Positions 13,497 to 24,366 of a stretch of DNA of 64,000 nt are shown piece by piece. The notes beneath the pieces are model-generated. The model had not been told where the DNA came from and made no database searches. It saw nothing but the letters and a program-made list of their open reading frames with translations. Position numbers and translations under genes: made by a program. Source of the stretch: Selaginella moellendorffii. Its lineage: Eukaryota > Plantae > Lycopodiophyta. The stretch covers positions 186,001 through 250,000 of the forward strand of contig NW_003314346.1 in the NCBI RefSeq assembly GCF_000143415.4. Reading direction: 5' to 3'. The first letter of the stretch is position 1. Each line of letters starts with the position of its first letter.

Positions 13497-14088
13497 TGTA
13501 GCACATGTGGTTTTTACCTTTTATCTTACAATGATTTACCATAGGATAACCACGAAGCGGAACCTAAACCTCCATGTGCCATGTGTCATATACCACGTGT
13601 CCAAAGGATAGTGGTGCGGAACTTGAGTTTCAGGGCCTTGGGCCACTAAGTGAAACAACGGAGCCAAACTCCCAAACTTGGAGCTAAAGAGTGAAAGTAT
13701 TGAAGCATGCAGTAACTCTCAAGCGTATAGCCTAAGGAGCAAAAGGATAAGAGCATGGAGTGACTTGGAACAATCCTAGAGTATCCAACATCCTAATGCT
13801 AGGACCAACATGCAAAATAGAGCCAAATGGAGTCTAGGGTTATTTTAGCATATTGGTGGCCTAATGCGAAGATATGGGTACTCTACCAATTAGCATGGTA
13901 TGAAACTTGGGCTTAGACCCAAACCAAATGCAAAACAAGGACAGGCACACAAGCAGGAGCTAAACCATACCTCAGGTTGGTTAACCATGCCCAACCTACC
14001 TATTATCCTTACTATACATTTGGAACCCCCCATAGGCCCCCCATCTTGAGGAATATATGTTTTGGGCTTTCACTTTTAGCCATCCTTA
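13497..14088 (-). repeat. Partial family C LTR (minus strand), truncated at the family B insertion
   Basis: Reverse complement matches the 3' part of LTR 45552-46720 (…AAAACCA…GTGC…ACA end and the TTTGGGCTTTCAC block). Confidence 0.75.
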
Positions 14089-15650
14089 TGTAAGGAACCA
14101 ACTCCCCAAGGTGTCGTAGGCTAAAGGATCCCTGAAAGCACGACCGAAATGATAAAGAGTTCATCGGATGAGATCGAGTCTGAGATAGAGTCCAAGACTG
14201 ACTCTGAGGCTAAGTTCGAGATAGAGTCCGGGATCGAGTCCGAGGCCGATTTCGAGATTGAGTTCAAGACAGAGTTCGAGACAGAGTCCTAGAGTCCGAG
14301 ATCCGAGATTGGGTCCGAGACCGAGTCCGAGGTCGAGTTTGAAGTTGAGTTCGAGATCGGGTCCAAGATTAAGTCCGAGATCAAGTCTGAGATCGAGTCC
14401 GAAGTCGGGTCCAATCAAGTCCGAGACCGAGACCGAGTCCGAGTACTAATACAGGTAATACAGGTCGAGGGGTGAAAGCCCAAAGCGTGTGTTTGCTGTT
14501 CGGAGGGGGGGGGGGGGGGGGGGGCTGTAGGGGGTTCCAAAAGTATAGTAGGGATAGTGAGGTCTAGGTGCAACACTTGCTTTAAGACGCCAAGGTGAAA
14601 CACCATGGCCTAACGGCCCGATATAGGTACCTCTACCCCCCATTTCCATCCCGAAGGGAAGGCTTAAGCCCCTAAGAAGGGCGAGGTCCAGTGAGCCACA
14701 AGGTACTCAAGTGGGGCACCACTCCACATGAGCTAGGAGCACCATAATTAGTTTCCCTTCCAGGAGTGGGAGTTGCTCTTGAGCACTTTCTTGGGTGGTC
14801 CCTTCGACACCACTTGAGTGCATGCTCACTCCCACCCAAGGCCCCTCAGTCCCAGTCTCAACCTCAAGTCAGTTTGGAAGCACCATTGGAGAGTTCCTTC
14901 AAAACTGATTCCTAGACTTGGATGGATGGCTAATGCTTCGTTGCTTGTGTATTGAGTAGTTAAGCTCTATTTCGTTAAAGTGGGATTTATTCAGTAAAAT
15001 GGGACTAGGTACAAATTTTCAAGTATTTGAAAATGACGTGAAATTATATGTTTTTTGTCCAGGGGCTAGACATATCTGGGGTATGGTGACTAGCGCGGTG
15101 ACTTTGTGTCCAGACTGAGTCCATCTGGTTGTATAATAAATCTCATTGTCAAGGTGAACAAGCCGAATCTGAAGCTAAAGAAGAGCGATGGCATGCGCGC
15201 ACACACTATTTGTTTGTTCATTGAGCGTGTGGTGAGCTTTCCAAGATGAATGTCATTCCTATTAGCTAGACATATAACTTAATGGTGAGAACATTTAGAT
15301 ATTATTCAATGTTATCTTTTTCTAACGAATCTAATTGTGAAGGTGTAGCAAGAGGCATTGCTAGTCTGGAGAAGTCATTTAACTCATTTGACCCTTAGTG
15401 TATTTTCATGAAACTAAATAACATTCATATTATTAAGGAATTTCTCTAGTACCTTTTTTTTACGACATAGAGGCTTGCATTTCTTTCAAAGGTGATTTAG
15501 TAAAAGGCCTGAGGGCACATGCCATTCTATTTCTCAGACCGGTATTAAGATATACTAGTGCAAAGGGCCACATGCCATCACGCCTCCTCTGATTCAGATT
15601 CGGATTGTTCACCTTGAAATAAAATACATTAGAAACTTAGTAAAGGAATA

Positions 15651-18600
15651 TTAATGAATCTCACCTTGAACCCGGGTTATGAATGCTCTTGCTGCATCTC
15701 TTGCATGGTCTGGCAAGGTGATGGTGGCACTCTGCTTCCGCATCCAACCATGCACAACATTATCCACCGATATGCTCATGTTGGGATCCCTTGGATTCAG
15801 CACCCATCTCTTTTCTAGGCAATCCTTCGTATATCCGGAACTTGGCTTGAACCACTCCACAGTTACATTGAAGGAGTTAGTTTCCGCGTCCTCCTCTGCA
15901 TCAGTGATGCAGCGCCCCACCCATATCATTTGTTTTTTATTACTGGGTCTGACAAGCACGACCATTCCTTTGCAGACCTGTACTGGATTGAATGCTGAAT
16001 CCGGCTTCTTGTTCCTCGGCCCACAATAGTGATCCTCAACATCGTTATCTGTCACTGCATTTCCAGAGGACATTGTTCCGCTACTATCTGGTGCTCTGGG
16101 TTCTGGCCAAAAGGACTCTTCCAATTCTTCATATACAACCGGCCCATTTTGGATAGCAGATATAATCTTCTCCCAGTATTCGAGCAAAGGCTTGCACCTC
16201 TTAAAATAGGATTCTCCACCAAACACCAACCCCCTCTTCCAGAAGGCAATATGCTGTCTAATCCCGGCCACTATACTTTCCTGGTCTTTGAGTCCATCCG
16301 GGTGCATCGGCCGTGGGGAACCCTGAGGAATCATAGGTTCCCCAGTTATGGGATCTCTCTTGAAGAGTTCAATGCCGTCCACTGGCAGCCACACTGTGTC
16401 CCATTCTCTCATCTTGTACCTCATCACTGGAGCACCGTCACGCATGCTGAAATGAAACTGAAGAGGCTTGGAGTGGCCAATCAGCGTTTCGGATCCGTCC
16501 CTGATGTAGCCTCTTACAAACCCCTTAAAGTCTGGAACCTCTATCACAAGTGCAGCTTCAACAGTGCCTTTGATGCAATTTTGGAATTCATCGTAGAGTT
16601 GTGGGAGGGTGAGGACATTGGATCGCCGGAGGGACTCTGCCAGGTGACTGAACATGGCATCGACGTCTTCATGAGTGTGCCCAACCATGAGAAAGCCAAG
16701 TGTAACCGTTTCAAATATGCCTTTGGCAACAAGCATTGCCAAGTACGCGAAGACGTACATGTTTTTGTTCTCACTGCCAGCATTGTCTGTTTGGAGCAGA
16801 AGATGGGGTGGAAGGCCACATCGGCCGCAAGAACTTCCTTGAGATTCTGCTTTGTTTGGATGAGGCTGTGCATTCACTGGGCGACCAGCCTCGTCGGAAT
16901 GGCATGAGGCCTCACGTGATAACCCTACAATCTGACGGCCAACATATTCACTGGGATGGCATGGGGCCCCACGCGATACTGCAAGCCTTTGCTCCTCCTC
17001 CAGCTGAACCCTGTATGGGGTTCGATCGACAAGGGCCTTATGCAAGGGTTGGCCGTTCAGCTCAGTCTGCGCACTTTGCAGAGACCTTAAGTGTTTTGCT
17101 AGGGACGCAATCATCATGTTTGCACCCCCGCCACCCCATAGAGGTACAAAGAAGTTCCCATAGTTCTGGGCACCATGCCCATGAGCGATTATGCCAAACA
17201 GAGACACAGGCAGCTCCATGGATGAAGAGATTGCCTTGGGGGCAGGATTGAGTCGAGGTAAGCACGTCTTTTTCTGGTCCATTTTGTCGTGGATGATGCA
17301 GAGGTAAGAGTCAGGTCTCTCCATGGAGAGAATCCTGTTATGATAATATGCAGTCCTGCAGCTTCTCTGCTCGATGTTGTGGTCGAGCCGCCTTCTAACC
17401 AACGTCTCTCGCTCTTGAGCGCTGCAAGAATTCTTCGACAAAGCCATTTTGATAGCAGTGCACTCGTCACACTTTGAAAAGCTGGAGTACTTTCCTATAC
17501 TCACATCCCTGAACCTGTTGCTCCACAATCTACTAAATCTAGATTGGCTCAGCTTCCTGTAGCCATTACTCTGGAGTTCCCGATTCACATCTTCCAATAT
17601 GGCCCCCTTGGTATACATGGAAGGGAGAACTCGTTGGGTGTCTCGTGTTCCATCTTCCAAGAGGCGGGTTTTATGTGGTTGCTGCTCGCTACATGTCTCG
17701 ACAAACCTCTTGAAGATTGCCTCTCCATATACAACATGACCCCTGGTTTTGTGCATACCGTCGTTCCCATGGACTGCCTGTTGAACCCTTTGTTCCTCGA
17801 ACTCAGTTTTGATTCTGTAGAATGTGGTTCGAGGGACTCCATAAATGATTCTCCATGCCTTCATGCAGACCAAACCCCTCTGGAAGACCATGCCCCCCAC
17901 CTGATGTTCTGAAGCATCAACAGATGACCGTAATGCCTCATACACAAAATTGCGAGCTGCCTTCCAGGACAATGTCTTGTATCTTGCTCTCTCCTCTTCA
18001 ATAGCATCCCAATCAGCATGTTGACAGCACCTCCTCTTGCAACAAGCAACTGTCGAGACCATTTGAACCTCCATCGCCATTTTCTGCCTTTTCGGTTCGT
18101 TGCTCAGATCCCTTTGGCTGCGCTGTAGGAAGGTGTACTTTCTTTTCCCATGAAGAGATGTTCTGTCATCAGTTGTAGTGGTGTTTGATTGTGAATCCTT
18201 CACATTCTCAAACACTAAATGCCTCAATTTCCACCGCACAATGCTTCTAATAGTCAGATTGTTTTCTTCTGTGTCAACAACCTCTAAAATCGCAACTCCA
18301 ATATCATCCCAGCCCAATTCTTGATTAGCAACCGCATCTCTTGGATCGACAACTGTGGCTAAGCCCTCAACTACCACCTCCCCCTCGGAGTTGTTTAGAA
18401 ACACCTTTGCTTGAATCCATGTAGCACGGTTCTTAAGATCCACGGAGGGAACATGCGTCGCACTTGCGCTGTCCCCAACATCTGCTTTCTTCTGTAGATT
18501 TTTCAAGGCAACAACAACATTTACCCCGACGACCATCTCTCCTCGTTCAATAGCGACCACATTCCCATCGAAGACAGTCTCTACTGATACAGCAGCATTG

Positions 18601-18719
18601 CCTTCCCCAAGCCTTTGACAGTGTATAACAAAGTTCCGATCCATAGACACAAGGGTCCCTTTTGCAACTCTCTTCCCACCATTCAAAATGTAAACCTTTT
18701 CCCCAACCCTGAAGGCCAT
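15651..18719 (-). CDS. Sola1-like (DUF7869-type) DDD transposase, 1022 aa
   Basis: Uninterrupted ORF inside the TIRs. Motifs FSKCDEC, IIHDKMDQKK, LQTDNAGSENKN and FLMVGHTHEDVDAMF are typical of Sola1/DUF7869 proteins. A 3' splice-site-like TTTTCTGCACTTTCAG lies just before the ATG. Confidence 0.85.
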   Translation of the reverse strand: MAFRVGEKVYILNGGKRVAKGTLVSMDRNFVIHCQRLGEGNAAVSVETVFDGNVVAIERGEMVVGVNVVVALKNLQKKADVGDSASATHVPSVDLKNRATWIQAKVFLNNSEGEVVVEGLATVVDPRDAVANQELGWDDIGVAILEVVDTEENNLTIRSIVRWKLRHLVFENVKDSQSNTTTTDDRTSLHGKRKYTFLQRSQRDLSNEPKRQKMAMEVQMVSTVACCKRRCCQHADWDAIEEERARYKTLSWKAARNFVYEALRSSVDASEHQVGGMVFQRGLVCMKAWRIIYGVPRTTFYRIKTEFEEQRVQQAVHGNDGMHKTRGHVVYGEAIFKRFVETCSEQQPHKTRLLEDGTRDTQRVLPSMYTKGAILEDVNRELQSNGYRKLSQSRFSRLWSNRFRDVSIGKYSSFSKCDECTAIKMALSKNSCSAQERETLVRRRLDHNIEQRSCRTAYYHNRILSMERPDSYLCIIHDKMDQKKTCLPRLNPAPKAISSSMELPVSLFGIIAHGHGAQNYGNFFVPLWGGGGANMMIASLAKHLRSLQSAQTELNGQPLHKALVDRTPYRVQLEEEQRLAVSRGAPCHPSEYVGRQIVGLSREASCHSDEAGRPVNAQPHPNKAESQGSSCGRCGLPPHLLLQTDNAGSENKNMYVFAYLAMLVAKGIFETVTLGFLMVGHTHEDVDAMFSHLAESLRRSNVLTLPQLYDEFQNCIKGTVEAALVIEVPDFKGFVRGYIRDGSETLIGHSKPLQFHFSMRDGAPVMRYKMREWDTVWLPVDGIELFKRDPITGEPMIPQGSPRPMHPDGLKDQESIVAGIRQHIAFWKRGLVFGGESYFKRCKPLLEYWEKIISAIQNGPVVYEELEESFWPEPRAPDSSGTMSSGNAVTDNDVEDHYCGPRNKKPDSAFNPVQVCKGMVVLVRPSNKKQMIWVGRCITDAEEDAETNSFNVTVEWFKPSSGYTKDCLEKRWVLNPRDPNMSISVDNVVHGWMRKQSATITLPDHARDAARAFITRVQGEIH

Positions 18720-18882
18720 TCTGAAAGTGCAGAAAAGAAGTTAAGACCATACAAAAAATGATTGGAGAATGGCTTAAATCATAACATACCAAACAACCTC
18801 AATAGCATGAGGCCACATGCCATTATTCAAACATGCTATTGACACCCACGTGAAATTTCGCATTCACAAAATTGGCATGAGC

Positions 18883-19100
18883 CCTCATGCCATTAGTGGT
18901 ACCACTAATGGCATGAGGCCTCACGCTATCTTTGGCACCTGCTAGCCTGTTGCTATATTCGCTTTTGCCTATGGGCAACTGCATATATTTTTGTGTGCGG
19001 GACTAGTCACCCATACCAAAATATATACAGTTGCAGCAAGGCATAAGGAATATGGCAATAAGCTAGCAGGCGCCAAAGATAGCATGAGGCCTCATGCCAT
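18883..19100. repeat. 36-bp perfect palindrome plus ~190-bp foldback built from the element's palindromic motif
   Basis: CCTCATGCCATTAGTGGT|ACCACTAATGGCATGAGG at 18883-18918; long imperfect inverted arms 18908-18992 and 19018-19100. Confidence 0.85.
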
Positions 19101-19290
19101 CTTGATATACACACAGCTGCTGGCAAGTCAAAACATACTTGACAATACGCTAGCCATGAAATTGCAAGGGCCCAAGATGGCATGTGGCCTCATGCCATTT
19201 CTAAATGTGGTCCTAAACCATTCCATGGTGAACATACCAGGAAGCACAAGTGCTGAATATCAAGAGGAAGCGGTAGCCACACCAAAGACA

Positions 19291-19372
19291 GTGCCGCTCG
19301 CAACACCGCAACTACTCATAGCGCCGCTCGCAACACCGCAACTGCTCGTAGCACCGCTCGCACAAACTACCA
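19291..19372. repeat. 30-bp tandem repeat (~2.5 units) in the Sola-like element
   Basis: GCGCCGCTCGCAACACCGCAACTRCTCRTA units; also present at 35153-35235 and 55339-55420. Confidence 0.8.
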
Positions 19373-20221
19373 CTCGCATAAACTGCCACTCGCAATGGCG
19401 CTCGCAATGCCGCAACCGCTTTTAGACGCATAAACCACAGCTCACAACGCCGCTTACACAAGCAGCGCTCACTGCGCTCAGCGGAACCAAGAACACGGCG
19501 CACAAAAATGATAGACCTAGGAATGAGTTCGAGAATTCAAAAATAACACACGCTTGAACGTCACATCAAATCCTCTGACAAACCAGATCTTATGATTCCT
19601 CTGACAAATTTCAAACTGAGTAGCTTCTAGACTTTGCTGTCGGAGGTTGAACTTTGTCACATCATGTCTTTGCCTCGATCCAGCTGTGCCATGTCAGTGA
19701 TTCGAACTTTGCCATGCCATGTCAGCGATCCGCGCCAAGATTATTCGCCATGTAAAGGAATAATTATGCTGTGTGTGTACGTCCATTTATGGCAATATAA
19801 GGCCACACGCCATTCAAAGAATAATGCTAGTCGAGCATTTTTTGGTGCATTTTTGGGTTCAAAATTGCATGAGCCCACACGCTATAAAGTTTACCTGTAC
19901 CAAAAATAGAAACATCTTTATTTACTTGGGAATTTAAGTGGTTGAGGCATTTTTAAACTTACAAACACATGCCCTACTTACATTCATTTGGTTGCTTAAA
20001 ATTCAAAAATATTATAAACCTTTCTTTTTGCATTTTCAATGTTTTCAATTATGGTTTTTGATTTTCGCAGGACCAGCCTAGTAATCTATTTGCATCCCGT
20101 CATGTTTATAGCTAGCTTTCGTTTGTCCCCTTCGCTGGCCTGAGATACATCTGCTCGGAATCTGCCTCTTACAGCATTTGCCCAGAAAGGGCATCTTTCT
20201 TCACGCAGCATTTGCCACATG

Positions 20222-20253
20222 TTTAGGGTTAGGGTTTAGGGTTTAGGGTTTAG
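20222..20253 (+). repeat. Internal telomere-type repeat (TTTAGGG)n, Sola copy 1
   Basis: TTTAGGG TTAGGG TTTAGGG TTTAGGG TTTAG. Confidence 0.92.
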
Positions 20254-20529
20254 CAATTCAGTAGCCTGATAAACATGCAAATACAGAACTTGATGCAAAA
20301 TCCTTTGATATGTCACAATGCCCCTAGGACCATAAACACATTTCAATAGAGAGGGTCCTTTCATTTCATAACTCCTTACGTAGATCTTGGTGAAACCAGA
20401 GTTAGTGAAGTTGGTTTCTTGTGATCCCACATCTGATTGTGATGTCCCTTTGCAGTGTCGATGGAAAGGTCAATGCACACCAAACTGTAGAATCTTGGAG
20501 CAAAATAACGGTCGGATCTATGGCAAATG

Positions 20530-22360
20530 TGTGAGACACAAAATCCCTAGGCCCCAAAGTGGAGCCGGAAGGGTGCCACATGGTAGTGGCCGAAACGAGA
20601 GCCAAACGAGCGTAACACGTTTGGACCAAAAGCTCCGACTTGAAAAGTCAAGAGCGGGAGTGGAACTCCCAACGAAGTGCTCGAGGAACGAGCACGAAGC
20701 GAGCAAAAGGGAGGCTCCAAAAAGGGACCCAAAAGGACCAACACATGACACGTGGGAGTGTCCGAGATGGACTATAGTTGGAGTCCGAAATGGAGTCCGA
20801 GATGGACCCGAGATGGAGTCCGAGATGGAGTCCGAAGTGGAGTCCGAGGTGGACCCGAGATGGACCCGAGTTGGAGTCCGAAGTGGAGTCCGAGATGGAC
20901 CCGAGATGGAGTCCGAGATGGAGTCCGAGATGGAGTCCGAGGTGGACCCGAGATGGACCCGAGTTGGAGTCCGAAGTGGAGTCCGAGATGGAGTCCGAGA
21001 TGGAGTCCGAGGTGGACCCGAGATGGACCCGAGTTGGAGCCCGAAGTGGAGTCCGAGATGGACCCGAGATGGAGTCCGAGATGGAGTCCGAGATGGAGTC
21101 CGAGGTGGACCCGAGATGGACCCGAAATGGAGTCCGAGATGGAGTCCGAGATGGACCCGAGATGGAGTCCGAGATGGGGTTCGAGATGGACCCGAGATGG
21201 ACCCGAGATGGAGTCCGAGATGGAGTCCGAGATGGAGTCCGAAGTCGAGACCGAGACCGGGACCGAGACTGGGACCGAGACCGAGACCGAGACCGAGATC
21301 GGGACCGAGACCGAGTCCGAGTCCGAGTCCGAGTCCGAGTCCGAGTCTGAGGCCGGAGCCTGAGAGGGTGAAAGCCCAAAGCATTCGTCTCCCAGACCCT
21401 GGGGGGTTTGGTGAGCTCCAAAAGTATAGTAGGGGGGGAGGACTGCAGTGGAGCCAGTTTGGCCAGGAAAGGCCAGTTTGGCCCAGGAAGGCCGGACCCA
21501 GTGTTGGGTGATGAGCTGCCCACTGGGAAGTCCAAGACTAGAGTGAACACGGACCGACAAGCGGGGTAGCTTGGTGAAGTGTTCAAGAGCCGGCTTTAGT
21601 TCCCCCGGGAGATCGACTGGCTGATGCTCCCAGTCCAAGTGTGGGTGGCACTACCTACTTGGATACCTGGTGTGGCTCAACGGAACCCGCTCTAAGCCCC
21701 TGGCCAGAGCACCCAAGGGCAGAAGGCGAGGAGAGTACCCAGGTGGCTCGCGTAAGGCCACGGTGTTCCGAAATGTTGTCCCAAAGGCCCAGACTGTGGA
21801 AAGGAAGAGGAGCAGTCCTCTGGGGTAGTGACCAAGGACACAGTCGTGTGGTGAGGAAGTCCCAGAGGACCGTGGGACTTAGTGGTCGGGCCTGTGGGTC
21901 TCGATCCAGTGGCAGTGTTGGAAAACACGGCCAGGGGCAGAAAGGGACTTAGTGGGGACTGACAGAGGGATATTGGGGAAGGCTATTCCCCTTGTCGGTG
22001 GGCATCCTAAGGATGCTAAGGAGTGGATCTGAGATGACCACTCACGGATGGTTTGCCTAGTCTTGGAGAGCCAAGATGGTGATGCAAGTGGTATTGGACT
22101 ACCAGTGTGGCAAAGGTGATCGGGCATGGCCTTAGCGTAACGAGCTGCTATGTCGGTGGTACCTTTGAGTGTCGGTCATGGGATCGGACACGTGGAGCAC
22201 TTTGACCAAGTGCAAATGTTGAGTGGCATGGATGCCATTCTCGGGGCTAGTAAGTCCTAAGTCCTGGATTGGACTTATGGAGGTTGCGAATGAGACTCCT
22301 CCAAGTGGTCAGAGGTGTGGCTAAGTGACGAAAGTAGAATGGAAAATTTAGTCGCTTACA
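20530..22360 (+). mobile_element. Family A solo LTR inserted in Sola copy 1
   Basis: TG...CA termini; 5-bp TSD AAATG (20525-20529 and 22361-22365). Empty site is present in Sola copy 2 (~33987). Confidence 0.95.
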
Positions 22361-23305
22361 AAATGCCCCTGAAACATTGTAAGGCTCGTGTGGTCTCATG
22401 TGGTGTCCGATCGAGATTCTTCTTTGCAGGGTCATCAAGAAGGACATTGTATACCATTCTGTAAAATCTAGTTGCGATCTAACGGTTGGATCTCCAGGAA
22501 ACTCAAAACAATCTCGCGCGTGTTAGAATATTCTAGGAATATACTCCTATGTGCTCCTGAAAATGGCATGCGGCCCCACGCCATTCAAGAGATAACGCCA
22601 GATGACGCCGAGCATTTTTTGGTGCATTTTTTGGGATCAAAATTGCATGAGCCCACATGCTTGAACGTCACATCAAATCCTCTGACAATTTATTTAGCTG
22701 AACATCTGGCATTTTTGGAAATACAAGATGCTTTGGAATATCCAATCATGCATGGTATAAATATAGCGAGGGTATTAAATGATATCCCAATCATGATCTT
22801 TCTTTTGGATTTCACGTGTATGCAGTCCGAGGAATGATGACGTTGCGGATTTCTTTTGGATTTCACGCATGCGCGCGCCGATCCAGAAATTAATGGTGGC
22901 ACCCAAGTCCGAGAAATGATGACGTGGCGGGATTACCAACCGTCGTGACATTTCGCGCGTGTGAGGTTAGGTTTTGCATTTTGCTTCGTACTCGCGCTCG
23001 CATCGCGCTCCCACTTCTCTACAGGTTTCTCGTGTGCATCGGCGTCCACTCGCGCTTGCATCACACTCGCGCTCGCATCGTGCTCGTGTGCATCGGCGTC
23101 CACTTCAAGACACACCCAGTTTGTAACTTCGCCGCCAACTCCGCCGCCCACTCCGCCACCCACACGCAGCCCACTTGGCGTCCCGGGAGATTTCAGCGCC
23201 ACTCTCCAACTGTAAGTGGCAGAGTAGCCTTGCTGCTACGATCCGCTGCACACACAGTGCACATTCGCCAGCGATTCCGGTTGTCACGCCTCCATTCGGC
23301 TTCAA

Positions 23306-24366
23306 ATGGTAAGTCTTTTAGGCCAAGTAGAAAATGGCATGAGGCCACATGCCATTCAGTAGCAACATTGGCATGCACCGATTGGGCTCTCAAGTGCAGT
23401 CCGGTTACAGATGGCGTTTAGCCTCACGCCATCTTAGGATGCAGCCTCAAGACATCTGATGCAGTGGTGAATGGCGTGTGGCCTCACGTTATTTCCAGCT
23501 ACTAGTTTTTCATCTGTCAGCTCTAATTGTTGTGCATTTCTGAACAGGCGAGGAATTGCGTTCTTCTTCCAGCCACTGTCAATGTGGATGCAGAGAAGGG
23601 GGAGGAGCTCACCAGTTGGACTTTCGGGATGGAAGGCGAGGATCTGAGGCTGTACAACACAGATGGTGGGAGAAAAGAATGCATGGGGATCCTCATCCAA
23701 GTGACAGACACTCCATGCAGTTCCATGCAAGAATATGGACTGGCACTTGTGGTAGAGACAGCGTCTGCCTTCAAGATCCACCTTGCACATCCTAGCAGCT
23801 TCCCGGAGGGGGGCAGCGGCTATGAGGAATTCCTAGAGGGAGCTAGGGAGAGGTTGTCTAGGAGGCCCACAATTTCAAAGACGCTGCGGGTCTATGAAGA
23901 TCACATGGAATCCACGGACCTCACCTACGGCGATGTTCAAAAACTATATTCCAACATTGAGCCGTTGAGAGTGACTCTAGTTCGCGAAGCAAAGGGGAAG
24001 GGGGTCGATCTGGAAACTACCTCAAAGCAGAAAAGGGTGGTCAAGCTCAAGCCGACGTCCGACTCTCCTGCTCCAAAAAAGAAGCTACTCAGTGATGCCA
24101 TTGCCTCGGGTTCGAACACTACACCCACCAAAAAGAAGAGCCGCAAAGAGCAGAAAGAGCAAGAAGAGGCAGCAAAAATCGTCGCAGATAATAGTACTTG
24201 TTACTATTCCAACAAAGTATATACAATCGACGTGAGCCGTATCGACATCCAAAGCAAATACAACCATAGGCTAGTATCTGATGAGTGGGTGGAGAAATTG
24301 AAGCAGAAGAGTGATGAAATTCCAAGATTATTGTATAGGCGTTGGAGGCAAAAAATAACAGTCTGA
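23306..24366 (+). CDS. Sola-element accessory ORF2 (spliced, ~273 aa; unknown function, possibly C-terminally truncated)
   Basis: ATG 23306-23308, then intron GTAAGT 23309-23547 ending CTAAT...TTTCTGAACAG, joining in frame to ARNCVLLPAT... Lys-rich NLS-like stretch. Conserved almost identically in copy 2. Confidence 0.7.

Noticed and set aside
16029-16907. 292-aa antisense ORF to the transposase (and similar antisense ORFs over gag-pol)
   Set aside because: Shadow of the coding strand; no motifs, and length not conserved between copies.
16860-16990. Intron within the transposase around the two internal palindromes
   Set aside because: The frame stays open in all three copies, and the candidate GT-AG segment would shift the frame.
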